Source: Amphiscolops sp. MND2022 (lineage: Eukaryota). From it: a stretch of DNA of 64,000 nucleotides. The position numbers and the translations under genes were made by a program. The stretch covers positions 71,240,001 to 71,304,000 of the forward strand of contig OZ076409.1 in assembly GCA_964187785.1 (NCBI GenBank). The letters are read 5' to 3'. Below the pieces are notes generated by a model. The model had not been told where the DNA came from, made no database searches, and saw only the letters and a list, made by a program, of their open reading frames with translations. Positions 21,611 through 36,600 of the stretch are shown here, one piece after another; the first letter of the stretch is position 1; every line of letters starts with the position of its first letter.

Positions 21611-24600
21611 GCTAGGTGCGGGGGGGTAACCCCAACAAATATATTGGAGGATTCGGGTAGGGTCCTGAATCCGATTTTAACTCTAATAGCTATCGATAGG
21701 AAATCTTGCAAAAATTTCGGGATCTCGTAATCTAACCATAGGATTTTAAAGTTGGAGCGGCCCCCACCAGATTTTCCGAAAATTAGCGCCCCCCACCGGG
21801 TTCCAGCGTGATTGAAATATTTTGTCGGGGTACACGGGCGACCGTTAGGGGTCATTTTAGGGGTAAAATTTATAAAAGTTCGCATAACTTTTTTCCTGTT
21901 GGTTTAAAACTTTAGGACCCTGCTAAAAGTTTCTTGACCATGTTGCAGGGGCCCCGGAGGTCCAAACCAAATTTTTCTATCTTGAAGCTATCTCCAAGTA
22001 CCCCCCCGCTCAAACCGTTATTTTTCCGGAAACGCAGGTTTTTGACCCGGAAGGAGTCGTCTGAGCGCGGGGTCGTTAGGTGATGTATTGGGGACGGCCT
22101 TGAGACGAAGTGGGGGACAAGTAGTTTGCCAACCTCAATTTACCCCCCGGACGGGAAATGACCGTTATATGAGCGTGAAAAATGCCCCCCTCCACGTTTT
22201 ACCGCTATTTCCGGTGTGAAGGAGTGGGAGTAGCGCGTCGGGTGTTATATAACAAAAGTAGGTTTAGACAAGGACCTATCGGAAACATGTAGTTTGGGAC
22301 CCCCTGGACCAACCCGTTAGCGGGAAATGGGGCTTCCGCCTCCTTTTTTTAGTGCTAAAACCGTAAAATGGGCATTGAGGGGTAAATATCTCGTGAACGC
22401 GTGGAGCAATCGTGTCCATCACTACTACAAGGTTTCATACCCATGATATGGTGCCTTCAGGGGGGCAAACAGATTTCCGCTATCTATCACCGTTACCGAC
22501 TTGGCCCCCCAGCCTAACCGCTATGTGACCGGAAATGTCACTTTTTGAGCCCAAAGGGTCGGTCTCAGCCAGGGAACGTTAGGTAACTTATTGTAGTACT
22601 CATTGAGACGAGTTGGGGGACATAGTTTCAGTCACCCCCCGTTACCCCTTGGGACCGGAAATGACCGTTATGTGGGTAAAATTGCAATTTTTATACTTTT
22701 TCAAGTGTATTTAGGTGCGGAAGGAGTGGTAATAGGTGCTTGGACACTATATGAGGTAAGGGAGGACGTGAGGCGAGCATTCGGAAATAACCGTTATGTT
22801 GACCCTAAAGTCCCCCTGGTACCGTAAACGACCGGAAATGGTCAAATTTTGTGTCTATTGGGTACAAATGTTTTGTATTTTGTAGATAAAAGTATCTATT
22901 AGGTGTTTCGACGGTCTACAGTAGTGAACATAGTCATGAAACCTTGTGGGGGGTAACGGTATATAGCACCGGAAGTCAAACCGTTGGAGACAGGATAGGT
23001 TTTTTGGTTTTAAAATGTCTTTCGGCGTAATTTTTTCGACTCTTGTGGACTATTTTTAAAAATTAAAGTTTTTCCATATAGTTTCAGAGACTCCGAAACC
23101 TCAACCAACATAACCGTTACCTTATGATAGCCTTTCAAGTTGGCCTGGTGTCAACTTGGAAGCGCTATCCTTCTGAAATCGTTAATCAAGAGTGTTTTTG
23201 GGTAGGTATATATTGCATTAGTACCAATTAGAGCTTCATCAACAGTGTATCAACGACAAAAACTATGCCGTCATGATTCCGTTATTAGAATCATAGTGAG
23301 CAAATTGTTGAAAAAAATGGTTTTTTCCATACAAAATGTGTCCTAAATGCCAGGAAACCTATTTACCTAACAAATGGTATTAATTGGAATGTTTGTAACA
23401 GATTTATAAAAGTTCAAATTGAATATTACATTTCATTATGGAAGCTGAAACGTCATATTTTAGTTTAATTAACGTCAACGCCACACACTTTACATCAACG
23501 CACACCGTCTGTGGGCATGCCGAGGCATGCCCTTCGACGACGTAAGACAAATACTTATCAAACGACGCCCGTACATCCCGGGCTAGGTGCGGGGGGGAAA
23601 CCCCATCCCTTATCTTGGAGGATTCGGGTAGGGTCCTGAATCCGATCTTAGTTCGCCCAGCTCTCAGTAGAAATCTGGGAAATTTTTTGCGATCTCGTGA
23701 TCTAACCATAGGATTTTAAAGTTGGAGCGGCCCCCACCAGATTTTCCAAAGTTATTCGCCCCCCACCGGGTTCCAGCGTGATTGAAATATTTTGACGGGG
23801 TACACGGGCGACCGTTAGGGGTCATTTTGGGGGTAAAATTTATATCCGGTCGCATAACTTTTTTCCTGTTGGATTAAAACTTTGGGACCCTGCTAAAAGT
23901 TTCTTGACCGTGTTGCGGGGGCTCCGGAGGTCCAAACCAAATTTTTCTATCTTGAAGCTATCTCCAAGTACCCCCCCGCCCAAAACGTTATTTTTCCGGA
24001 AACGCAGGTTTTTGACCCGGAAGGAGTCGTCGGAGCGCGGGATCGTTAGGTGATGTATTGGGGACGGCCTTGAGACGAAGTGGGGGACATGCAGTTTGCC
24101 AACCCCAGTTTACCCCCCGGACGGGAAATGACCGTTATATGAGCGGGAAAAATGCCCCCCTCCACGTTTTACCGCTATTTCCGGTGTGAAGGAGTGGGAG
24201 TAGCGCGTCGGGTGCCATATATCAAAAGTAGGTTTAGACAAGGACCTATCGGAAACATGTGGTTTGGGACCCCCTGGACCAACCCGTTAGCGGGAAATGG
24301 GGCTTCCGCCTCCTTTTTTTACTGCTAAAACCGTAAAATGGGCATTGAGGGGTAAATATCTCGTGAACGCGTGGAGCTACGGTGTCCATCACTACTACAA
24401 GGTTTCATACCCATGATATGGTGCCTTCAGGGGGGCAAACAGATTTCCGCTATCTATCACCGTTACCGACTTGGCCCCCCAGCCTAACCGCTATGTGACC
24501 GGAAATGTCACTTTTTGAGCCCAAAGGGTCGGTCCCAGCCGGGGAACGTTAGGTAAATTATTGTAGTACTCAATGAGACGAGTTGGGGGATATAGTTTCA

Positions 24601-27600
24601 GTCACCCCCCGTTACCCCTTGGGACCGGAAATGACCGTTATGTGGGTAAAATTGCAATTTTTATACTTTTTCAAGTGTATTTAGGTGCGGAAGGAGTGGT
24701 AATAGGTGCTTGGACACTATATGAGGTACGGGAGGACGTGAGGCGAGCATTCGGAAATAACCGTTATGTTGACCCTAAAGTCCCCCTGGTACCGTAAACG
24801 ACCGGAAATGGTCAAATTTTGTGTCTATTGGGTACAAATGTTTAGTATTTTGTAGATAAAAGTATCTATTAGGTGTTTCGACGGTCTGCAGTAGTGAACA
24901 TAGTCATGAAACCTTGTGGGGGGTAACGGTATATAGCACCGGAAGTCCAAACCGTTGGTGACAGGATAGGTTTTTTGGTTTTAAAATGTCTTTCGGCGTA
25001 CCTTTGTCGACTATTAAGGACTATTTTTAAAAATTAAAGATTTTCCATATAGTTTCAGAGACCTCGAAACCTCAACCAACATAACCGTTACCTCATGATA
25101 GCCTTTCAAGTTGGCCTGGTGTCAACTTGGAAGGGCTATCCTTCAAAAATCGTCAATCAAGTGTGTTTTTGGGTATGTTTGTATCATTTTGGAATCAATT
25201 AGAGCTTCAAGAAAAGTTTCCCAACAACAAAAACTATGTCGTGAAGATTCCGTTACTAGAATTTTAGTTAGCAAATTGTTGAGAAAATTTTTTTTCCAAA
25301 TTAAATGTGTCCTAAATGCCAGGAAACCTATTTTACTAACAAATGGTATTGATTGGAATGTATGAAACAGATTTATAAAAGTTCAAATTGATTATTAGGT
25401 TTCATTATGGAAGCTGAAACGTAATATTTTAGTTTAATTAACGTCAACGTCACATACTTTACATCAACGCCCACCGTCTGTGGGCATGCCGAGGCATGCC
25501 CTTCGACGACGTATACCAAATACATACCTAACGACGCCCGTACATCCCGGGCTAGGTGCGGGGGGGAAACCCCAACAAATATATTGGAGGATTCGGGTAG
25601 GGTCCTGAATCCGAGTTCAGTGCCGCCAGCTCTCAGTAGAAATCTGGGCATTTTTTTGCGATCTCGTGATCTAACCATAGGATTTTAAAGTTGGAGCGGC
25701 CCCCACCAGATTTTCCAAAGTTATTCGCCCCCCACCGGGTTCCAGCGTGATTGAAATATTTTGACGGGGTACACGGGCGACCGTTAGGGGTCATTTTGGG
25801 GGTAAAATTTATATCCGGTCGCATAACTTTTTTCCTGTTGGATTAAAACTTTGGGACCCTGCTAAAAGTTTCTTGACCGTGTTGCGGGGGCTCCGGAGGT
25901 CCAAACCAAATTTTTCTATCTTGAAGCTATCTCCAAGTACCCCCCCGCCCAAACCGTTATTTTTCCGGAAACGCAGGTTTTTGACCCGGAAGGAGTCGTC
26001 TGAGCGCGGGGTCGTTAGGTGATGTATTGGGGACGGCCTTGAGACGAAGCGGGGGATATATAGTTTGCCGACCCCAGTTTACCCCCCGCACGGGAAATGA
26101 CCGTTATATGAGCGGGAAAAATGCCCCCCTCCACGTTTTACCGCTATTTCCGATGGGAAGGAGTGGGAGTAGCGCGTCGGGTGTCATATATCAAAAATAA
26201 GTTTAGACAAGGACCTATCGGAAACATGTGGTTTGGGACCCCCTGGACCAACCAGTTAGCGGGAAATGGGGCTTCCGCCTCCTTTTTTTACTGCTAAAAC
26301 CGTAAAATGGGCATTGAGGGGTAAATATCTCGTGAACGCGTGGAGCAATCGTGTCCATCACTACTACAAGGTTTCATACCCATGATATGGTGCCTTCAGG
26401 GGGGCAAACAGATTTCCGCTATCTATCACCGTTACCGACTTGGCCCCCCAGCCTAACCGCTATGTGACCGGAAATGTCACTTTTTGAGCCCAAAGGGTCG
26501 GTCCCAGCCGGGGAACGTTAGGTAACTTATTGTAGTACTCAATGAGACGAGTTGGGGGATATAGTTTCAGTCAACCCCCGTTACCCCTTGGGACCGGAAA
26601 TGACCGTTATGTGGGTAAATTTGCAATTTTTATACTCTTTGAAGTGTATTTAGGTGCGGAAGGAGTGGTAATAGGTGCTTGGACACTATATGATGTAATG
26701 GAGGTCGTGAGGAGAGCATTCGGAAATAACCGTTATGTTGACCCCAAAGTCCCCCTGGTACCGTTAACGACCGGAAATGGCCAAATTTTGTGTCTATTGG
26801 GTACAAATGTTTGGTATTTTATAGATAAAAGTACCTGGAAGGTGTTTTAAAGGCCTCCAGAAGTGAACATAGTCATGAAACCTTGTGGGGGGTAACGGTA
26901 TATAGCACCGGAAGTCCAAACCGTTGGTCACAGAATAGGTTTTTTGGTTTCAAAATGTCTTTAGGCATAGTTTTGTGGGTTGAATCGTCATAATATCAAC
27001 TAATACGGACTTTTTTCGGAAATAAAATTTTTTCACATTAGTTTCAGGGACCTCCAATGCTTCAGTCAACATAACCGTTACATTTTGATAGCCTTTCAAG
27101 TTGACCTGGTGTCAACTTGGAAGGGCTATCCTTCTAAAATCGTTAATCAAGAGTGTTTTTGGGTAGGTATATGTTGCATTAGTACCAATTAGAGCTTCAT
27201 CAACAGTTTGCCAACGGCAAAAACGATGTCGTGATAATTCCGTTATAAAAATATTAGTTAACAAATTGTTTTCAAAGTTGATTTTTTCCATTAAAAATGT
27301 GTCCTAATGCCACCAAATTGAATAAAATAATAAATGGTATTGACTAAAACTAAATAACAATGAAAAAGAAGATCAACATTTTTATTAGGTCTCATTATGG
27401 AAGCTGAAACCTCACGTTTTAGTTTAATTAACGTCAACGCCACATACTTTACATCAACGCCCACCGTCTGTGGGCATGCCGAGGCATGCCCTTCGACGAC
27501 GTATACCAAACACCAATATATCTACACCCGATTGCGGTAGCAGCTAGGTGCGGGGGGGAAACCCCAACAAATATATTGGAGGATTCGGGTAGGGTCCTGA

Positions 27601-30600
27601 ATCCGATTTTAACTCTAATAGCTATCGATAGGAAATCTTGCAAAAATTTCGGGATCTCGTGATCTAACCATAGGATTTTAAAGTTGGAGCGGCCCCCACC
27701 AGATTTTCCAAAGTTATTCGCCCCCCACCGGGTTCCAGCGTGATTGAAATATTTTGTCGGGGTACACGGGCGACCGTTAGGGGTCATTTTGGGGGTAAAA
27801 TTTATAAAAGTTCGCATAACTTTTTTCCTGTTGGTTTAAAACTTTAGGACCCTACTAAAAGTTTCTTGACCATGTTGCAGGGGCCCCGGAGGTCCAAACC
27901 AAATTTTTCTATCTTGAAGCTATCTCCAAGTACCCCCCCGCCCAAACCGTTATCTTTCCGGAAACGCCGGTTTTTGACCCGGAAGGAGTCGTCTGAGCGC
28001 GGGGTCGTTAGGTGATGTATTGGGGACGGCCTTGAGACGAAGCGGGGGATATATAGTTTGCCGACCTCAGTTTACCCCCCGCACGGGAAATGACCGTTAT
28101 ATGAGCGGGAAAAATGCCCCCCTCCACGTTTTACCGCTATTTCCGGTGTGAAGGAGTGGGAGTAGCGCGTCGGGTGTTTTATATCAAAAGTAGGTTTAGA
28201 CAAGGATCTATCGGAAACATGTGATTTGGGACCCCCTGGACCAAGCCGTTAGCGGGAAATGGGGCTTCCGCCTCCTTTTTTTACTGCTAAAACCGTAAAA
28301 TGTGCATTGAGGGGTAAATATCTCGTGAACGCGTGGAGCAATCGTGTCCATCACTACTACAAGGTTTCATACCCATGATATGGTGCCTTCAGGGGGGCAA
28401 ACAGATTTCCGCTATCTATCGCCGTTACCGACTTGGCCCCCCAGCCCAACCGCTATGTGACCGGAAATGTCACTTTTTGAGCCCAAAGGGTCGGTCCCAG
28501 CCGGGGAACGTTAGGTAAGTTATTGTAGTACTCAAGGAGACGAGTTGGGGGATATAGTTTCAGTCAACCCCCGTTACCCCTTGGGACCGGAAATGACCGT
28601 TATGTGGGTAAATTTGCATTTTTTATACTTTTTCAAGTGCATTTATGTGCGGAAGCAGTGGTAATAGGTGCTTGGACACTATATGATGTAATGGAGGTCG
28701 TGAGGAGAGCATTCGGGAATAACCGTTATGTTGACCCCAAAATCCCCCTGGTACCGTTAACGACCGGAAATGGCCAAATTTTGTGTCTATTGGGTACAAA
28801 TGTTTGGTATTTTATGGATAAAAGTACCTGGAAGGTGTTTTAAAGGCCTCCAGAAGTGAACATAGTCATGAAACCTTGTGGGGGGTAACGGTATATAGCA
28901 CCGGAAGTCCAAACCGTTGGTCACAGAATAGGTTTTTTGGTTTCAAAATGTCTTTAGGCATAGTTTTGTGGGTTGAATCGTCATAATATCAACTAATACG
29001 GACTTTTTTTCGGAAATAAAATTTTTTCACATTAGTTTCAGGGACCTCCAATGCTTCAGTCAACATAACCGTTACATTTTGATAGCCTTTCAAGTTGACC
29101 TGGTGTCAACTTGGAAGGGCTATCCTTCTAAAATCGTTAATCAAGAGTGTTTTTGGGTAGGTATATGTTGCATTAGTACCAATTAGAGCTTCATCAACAG
29201 TTTGCCAACGGCAAAAACGATGTCGTGATAATTCCGTTATAAAAATATTAGTTAACAAATTGTTTTCAAAGTTGATTTTTTCCATTAAAAATGTGTCCTA
29301 ATGCCACCAAATTGAATAAAATGGTATTGACTAAAACTAAATAACAATGAAAAAGAAGATCAACATTTTTATTAGGTCTCATTATGGAAGCTGAAACCTC
29401 ACGTTTTAGTTTAATTAACGTCAACGCCACATACTTTACATCAACGCCCACCGTCTGTGGGCATGCCGAGGCATGCCCTTCGACGACGTATACCAAACAA
29501 CCTCCATATCTACACCTTCCGCGGTAGCAGCTAGGTGCGGGGGGGAAACCCCATCCCTTATCTTGGAGGATTCGGGATTGAGGAGAGCATTCGGGAATAA
29601 CCGTTATGTTGACCCCAAAGTCCCCCTGGTACCGTTAACGACCGGAAATGGCCAAATTTTGTGTCTATTGGGTACAAATGTTTGGTATTTTATGGATAAA
29701 AGTACCTGGAAGGTGTTTTAAAGGCCTCCAGAAGTGAACATAGTCATGAAACCTTGTGGGGGGTAACGGTATATAGCACCGGAAGTCCAAACCGTTGGTC
29801 ACAGAATAGGTTTTTTGGTTTCAAAATGTCTTTAGGCATAGTTTTGTGGGTTGAATCGTCATAATATCAACTAATACGGACTTTTTTTCGGAAATAAAAT
29901 TTTTTCACATTAGTTTCAGGGACCTCCAATGCTTCAGTCAACATAACCGTTACATTTTGATAGCCTTTCAAGTTGACCTGGTGTCAACTTGGAAGGGCTA
30001 TCCTTCTAAAATCGTTAATCAAGAGTGTTTTTGGGTAGGTATATGTTGCATTAGTACCAATTAGAGCTTCATCAACAGTTTGCCAACGGCAAAAACGATG
30101 TCGTGATAATTCCGTTATAAAAATATTAGTTAACAAATTGTTTTCAAAGTTGATTTTTTCCATTAAAAATGTGTCCTAATGCCACCAAATTGAATAAAAT
30201 GGTATTGACTAAAACTAAATAACAATGAAAAAGAAGATCAACATTTTTATTAGGTCTCATTATGGAAGCTGAAACCTCACGTTTTAGTTTAATTAACGTC
30301 AACGCCACATACTTTACATCAACGCCCACCGTCTGTGGGCATGCCGAGGCATGCCCTTCGACGACGTATACCAAACAACCTCCATATCTACACCTTCCGC
30401 GGTAGCAGCTAGGTGCGGGGGGGAAACCCCATCCCTTATCTTGGAGGATTCGGGTAGGGTCCTGAATCCGAGTTCAGTGCCGCCAGCTCTCAGTAGAAAT
30501 CTGGGCATTTTTTTGCGATCTCGTGATCTAACCATAGGATTTTAAAGTTGGAGCGGCCCCCACCAGATTTTCCAAAGTTATTCGCCCCCCACCGGGTTCC

Positions 30601-33600
30601 AGCGTGATTGAAATATTTTGTCGGGGTACACGGGCGACCGTTAGGGGTCATTTTAGGGGTAAAATTTATATAATGTCGCATAACTTTTTTCCTGTTGGAT
30701 TAAAACTTTGGGACCCTGCTAAAAGTTTCTTGACCGTGTTGCGGTGGCTCCGGAGGTCCAAACCAAATTTTTCTATCTTGAAGCTATCTCCAAGTACCCC
30801 CCCGCCCAAACCGTTATTTTTCCGGAAACGCCGGTTTTTGACCCGGAAGGAGTCGTCTGAGCGCGGGGTCGTTAGGTGATGTTTTGGGGACGGCCTCGAG
30901 ACGAAGCGGGGGATATATAGTTTGCCGACCCCAGTTTACCCCCCGCACGGGAAATGACCGTTATATGAGCGGGAAAAATGCCCCCCTCCACGTTTTACCG
31001 CTATTTCCGGTGTGAAGGAGTGGGAGTAGCGCGTCGGGTGTTATATATCAAAAGTAGGTTTAGACAAGGATCTATCGGAAACATGTGGTTTGGGACCCCC
31101 TGGACCAACCCGTTAGCAGGAAATGGGGCTTCCGCCTCCTTTTTTTACTGCTAAAACCGTAAAATGGGCATTGAGGGGTAAATATCTCGTGAACGCGTGG
31201 AGCAATCGTGTCCATCACTACTACAAGGTTTCATACCCATGATATGGTGCCTTCAGGGGGGCAAACAGATTTCCGCTATCTATCACCGTTACCGACTTGG
31301 CCCCCCAGCCTAACCGCTATGTGACCGGAAATGTCACTTTTTGAGCCCAAAGGGTCGGTCCCAGCCGGGGAACGTTAGGTAACTTATTGTAGTACTCAAT
31401 GAGACGAGTTGGGGGATATAGTTTCAGTCACCCCCCGTTACCCCTTAAGACCGGAAATGACCGTTATGTGAGTAAATTTGCCGTTTTTGTCCTATTTGAA
31501 GGGCATTTAGATGCGGAAGGAGTGGTAATAGGTGCTTGGACACTATATGAGGTAAGGGAGGATATGAGGCGAGCATTCGGAAATAACCGTTATGTTGACC
31601 CCAAAGTCCCCCTGGTACCGTAAACGACCGGAAATGGTCAAATTTTCTGTTTATAGGGTACAAATGTTTGGTATTTTGTAGATAAAAGTATCTATTAGGT
31701 GTTTCAAAGGCCTCCAGAAGTGAACATCGTCATGAAACCTTGTGGGGGGTAACGGTATATAACACCGGAAGTCCAAACCGTTGGTCAAAGAATAGGTTTT
31801 TTGGTTTCAAAATGTCTTTAGGCGTAGTTTTATGGGTTGAATCGTCATAATATCAACTATTACGGACATTTTTCGGAAAAAAAATTTTTTCACATTAGTT
31901 TCAGAGACCTCCAATGCTTCAGTCAACATAACCGTTACATTTTGATAGCCTTTCAAGTTGGCCTGGCGTCAACTTGGAAGGGCTATCCTTCTAAAATCGT
32001 TAATCAAGAGTGTTTTTGGGTAGGTATATGTTGCATTAGTACCAATTAGAGCTTCATCAACAGTTTGCCAACGGCAAAAACGATGTCGTGATAATTCCGT
32101 TATAAGAATATTAATTAAAAAATTGTTTACAAAGTTGATTTTTTTTCATTTAAAATGTGTCCTAATGCCACCAAATTGAATAAAATAATAAATGGTATTG
32201 ACTAAAACTAAATAACATTGAAAAAGAAGATCAACATTTTTATTAGGTCTCATTATGGAAGCTGAAACCTCACGTTTTAACTTGATTAACGTCAACGCCA
32301 CATACTTTACATCAACGCCCACCGTCTGTGGGCATGCCGAGGCATGCCCTTCGACGACGTATACCAAACAACCTCCATATCTACACCCGATTGCGGTAGC
32401 AGCTAGGTGCGGGGGGGAAACCCCAACAAAATTTTTGGAGGATTCGGGTAGGGTCCTGAATCCGAGTTCAGTGCTGCCAGCTTTCGTTAAGAAAATTTGG
32501 ATAGGATTCGGGATCTCGTGATCTAACCATAGGATTTTAAAGTTGGAGCGGCCCCCACCAGATTTTCCGAAAATTAGCGCCCCCCACCGGGTTCCATACC
32601 CCGGAAAATTTTTTTCTGGCCACACGGGCGACCGTTAGGGGGTCATTTTAGGGGTAAAATTCATATTGGGCCACATAACTTTTTTTCTGTTGATTTAAAA
32701 CTTTGGGACCCTGCTAAAAGTTTCTTGACCGTGTTGCAAGGGCTCCGGAGGTCCAAACCAAATTTTTCTAGCTTGAAGCTATCTCCAAGTACCCCCCCGC
32801 CCAAAACGTTATTTTTCCGGAAACGCAGGTTTTTGACCCGGAAGGAGTCGTCTGAGCGCGGGGTCGTTAGGTGATGTATTGGGGACGGCCTTGAGACGAA
32901 GTGGGGGACATGTAGTTTGTCAACCTCAGTTTACCCCCCAGACAGGAAATGACCGTTATATGAGCGGGAAAATTGCCCCCCTCCACGTTTTACCGCTATT
33001 TCCGGTGTGAAGGAGTGGGAGTAGCGCGTCGGGTGTTAAATAAAAAAAGTAGGTTTAGACAAGGACCTATCGGAAACATGTAGTTTGGGACCCCCTGGTC
33101 CAACCCGTTAGCGGGAAATGGGACTTCCGCCTCCTTTTTTTACTGCTAAAACCGTAAAATGGGCATTGAGGGGTAAATATCTCGTGAACGCGTGGAGCAA
33201 TCGTGTCCATCACTACTACAAGGTTTCATACCCATGATATGGTGCCTTCAGGGGGGCAAACAGATTTCCGCTATCTATCACCGTTACCGACTTGGCCCCC
33301 CAGCCTAACCGCTATGTGACCGGAAATGTCCATTTTTGAGCCCAAAGGGTCGGTCCCAGCCGGGGAACGTTAGGTAACTTATTGTAGTACTCAATGAGAC
33401 GAGTTTGGGGATATAGTTTCAGTCACCCCCCGTTACCCCTTGGGACCGGAAATGACCGTTATGTGGGTAAAATTGCAATTTTTATACTTTTTCAAGTGTA
33501 TTTAGGTGCGGAAGGAGTGGTAATAGGTGCTTGGACACTATATGAGGTAAGGGAGGACGTGAGGCGAGCATTCGGAAATAACCGTTATGTTGACCCTAAA

Positions 33601-36600
33601 GTCCCCCTGGTACCGTAAACGACCGGAAATGGTCAAATTTTTTGTCTATTGGTTACAAATGTTTAGTATTTTGTAGATAAAAGTATCTATTAGGTGTTTC
33701 GACGGTCTGCAATAGTGAACATAGTCATGAAACCTTGTGGGGGGTAACGGTATATAGCACCGGAAGTCCAAACCGTTGGAGACAGGATGAGTTTTTTGGT
33801 TTTAAAATGTCTTTCGGTGTTCCTTTGTCGACTATTAAGGACTATTTTTAAAAATTAAAGTTTTTCCATATAGTTTCAGAGACTCCGAAACCTCAACCAA
33901 CATAACCGTTACATTTTGATAGCCTTTCAAGTTGGCCTGGTGTCAACTTGGAAGCGCTATCCTTCTGAAATCGTTAATCAAGAGTGTTTTTGGGTAGGTA
34001 TATATTGCATTAGTACCAATTAGAGCTTCATCAACAGTGTATCAACGACAAAAACTATGCCGTCATGATTCCGTTATTAGAATCATAGTGAGCAAATTGT
34101 TGAAAAAAATGGTTTTTTCCATACAAAATGTGTCCTAAATGCCAGGAAACCTATTTACCTAACAAATGGTATTAATTGGAATGTATGTAACAGATTTATA
34201 AAAGTTCAAATTGAATATTACATTTCATTATGGAAGCTGAAACGTCATATTTTAGTTTAATTAACGTCAACGCCACACACTTTACATCAACGCACACCGT
34301 CTGTGGGCATGCCGAGGCATGCCCTTCGACGACGTATGACAAATCCATATCAAACGACGCCCGTACATCCCGGGCTAGGTGCGGGGGGGAAACCCCAACA
34401 AAATTTTTGGAGGATTCGGGTAGGGTCCTGAATCCGAGTTCAGTGCTGCCAGCTTTCGTTAAGAAAATTTGGATAGGATTCGGGATCTCGTGATCTAACC
34501 ATAGGATTTTAAAGTTGGAGCGGCCCCCACCAGATTTTCCGAAAATTAGCGCCCCCCACCGGGTTCCATACCCCGGAAAATTTTTTTCTGGCCACACGGG
34601 CGACCGTTAGGGGGTCATTTTAGGGGTAAAATTCATATTGGACCACATAACTTTTTTTCTGTTGATTTAAAACTTTGGGACCCTGCTAAAAGTTTCTTGA
34701 CCGTGTTGCAAGGGCTCCGGAGGTCCAAACCAAATTTTTCTAGCTTGAAGCTATCTCCAAGTACCCCCCCGCCCAAAACGTTATTTTTCCGGAAATGCAG
34801 GTTTTTGACCCGGAAGGAGTCGTCTGAGAGCGGGGTCGTTAGGTGATGTATTGGGGACGGCCTTGAGACGAAGCGGGGGACATGTAATTTGCCGACCCCA
34901 GTTTACCCCCCGGACAGGAAATGACCGTTATATGAGCGGGAAAAATGCCCCCCTCTACGTTTTACCGCTATTTCCGGTGTGAAGGAGTGGGAGTAGCGCG
35001 TCGGGTGTTATATAACAAAAGTAGGTTTAGACAAGGACCTATCGGAAACATGTAGTTTGGGACCCCCTGGACCAACCCGTTAGCGGGAAATGGGGCTTCC
35101 GCCTCCTTTTTTTACTGCTAAAACCGTAAAATGGTCATTGAGGGGTAAATATCTCGTGAACGCGTGGAGCAATCGTGTCCATCACTACTACAAGGTTTCA
35201 TACCTATGATATGGTGCCTTCAGGGGGGCAAACAGATTTCCGCTATCTATCGCCGTTACCGACTTGGCCCCCCAGCCTAACCGCTATGTGACCGGAAATG
35301 TCACTTTTTGAGCCCAAAGGGTCGGTCCCAGCCGGGGAACGTTAGGTAACTTATTGTAGTACTCATTGAGACGAGTTGGGGGATATAGTTTCAGTCACCC
35401 CCGTTACCCCTTAGGACCGGAAATGACCGTTATGTGGGTAAATTTGCAATTTTTGAACTTTTTGAAGGGCATTTAGATGCGGAAGGAGTGGTAATAGGTG
35501 CTTGGACACTAAATGAAGGAAGGGAGGACGTGAGGCGAGCATTCGGAAATAACCGTTATGTTGACCCTAAAGTCTCCCTGGTACCGGAAGTGACCGGAAA
35601 TTGTCAAATTTGGTGTTTTTAGGGTACAAATGTTCGGTGTTTTATGGATTAAAGTACAGGTTAGGTGTTTTCACGGTCTGCAGTAGTGAACATAGTCATG
35701 AAAACTTGTGGGGGGTAACGGTATATAGCACCGGAAGTCCAAACCGTTGGAGACAGGATAAGTTTTTTGGTTTTAAAATGTCTTTCGGCCTACTTTTGTT
35801 GACTATTATGGACTATTTTTGGAAAATAAAGTTTTTCCAAATAGTTTCAGAGACTCCGAAACCTCAACCAACATAACCGTTACCTTATGATAGCCTTTCA
35901 AGTTGGCCTGGTGTCAACTTGGAAGGGCTATCCTTCAAAAATCATTAATCAAGTGTGTTTTTGAATTTGTTTGTATTACTTTAGAATCAATTAGAGCTTC
36001 AAGAAAAGATTGCCAACGACAAAAACTATGTCGTTATGATTCCGTTATTGGAATAATAGTTAACAAAATATTGATAAAGTTGATTTTTTACATTTTAAAT
36101 GTGTTCTAAATGCCAGAAAACCTCTTTACCAAACAAACGGAATTGATTGAATTGTATATAGAAGCTAATAAAAGTTCAAATTGAATATTACATTTCATTA
36201 TGCAAGCTGAAACGTCAAATTATAGTTTAATTAACGTCAACGCCACATACTTTACATCAACGCCCACCGTCCGTAGGCATGCCGAGGCATGCCTTTCGAC
36301 GACGTATACCAAATTCCACCCACACAACACCCTCGAGCGCGGTAGCAGCTAGGTGCGGGGGGGAAACCCCAACAAAATTTTTGGAGGATTCGGGTAGGGT
36401 CCTGAATCCGAGTTCAGTGCTGCCAGCTTTCGTTAAGAAAATTTGGATAGGATTCGGGATCTCGTGATCTAACCATAGGATTTTAAAGTTGGAGCGGCCC
36501 CCACCAGATTTTCCGAAAATTAGCGCCCCCCACCGGGTTCCATACCCCGGAAAATTTTTTTCTGGCCACACGGGCGACCGTTAGGGGGTCATTTTAGGGG

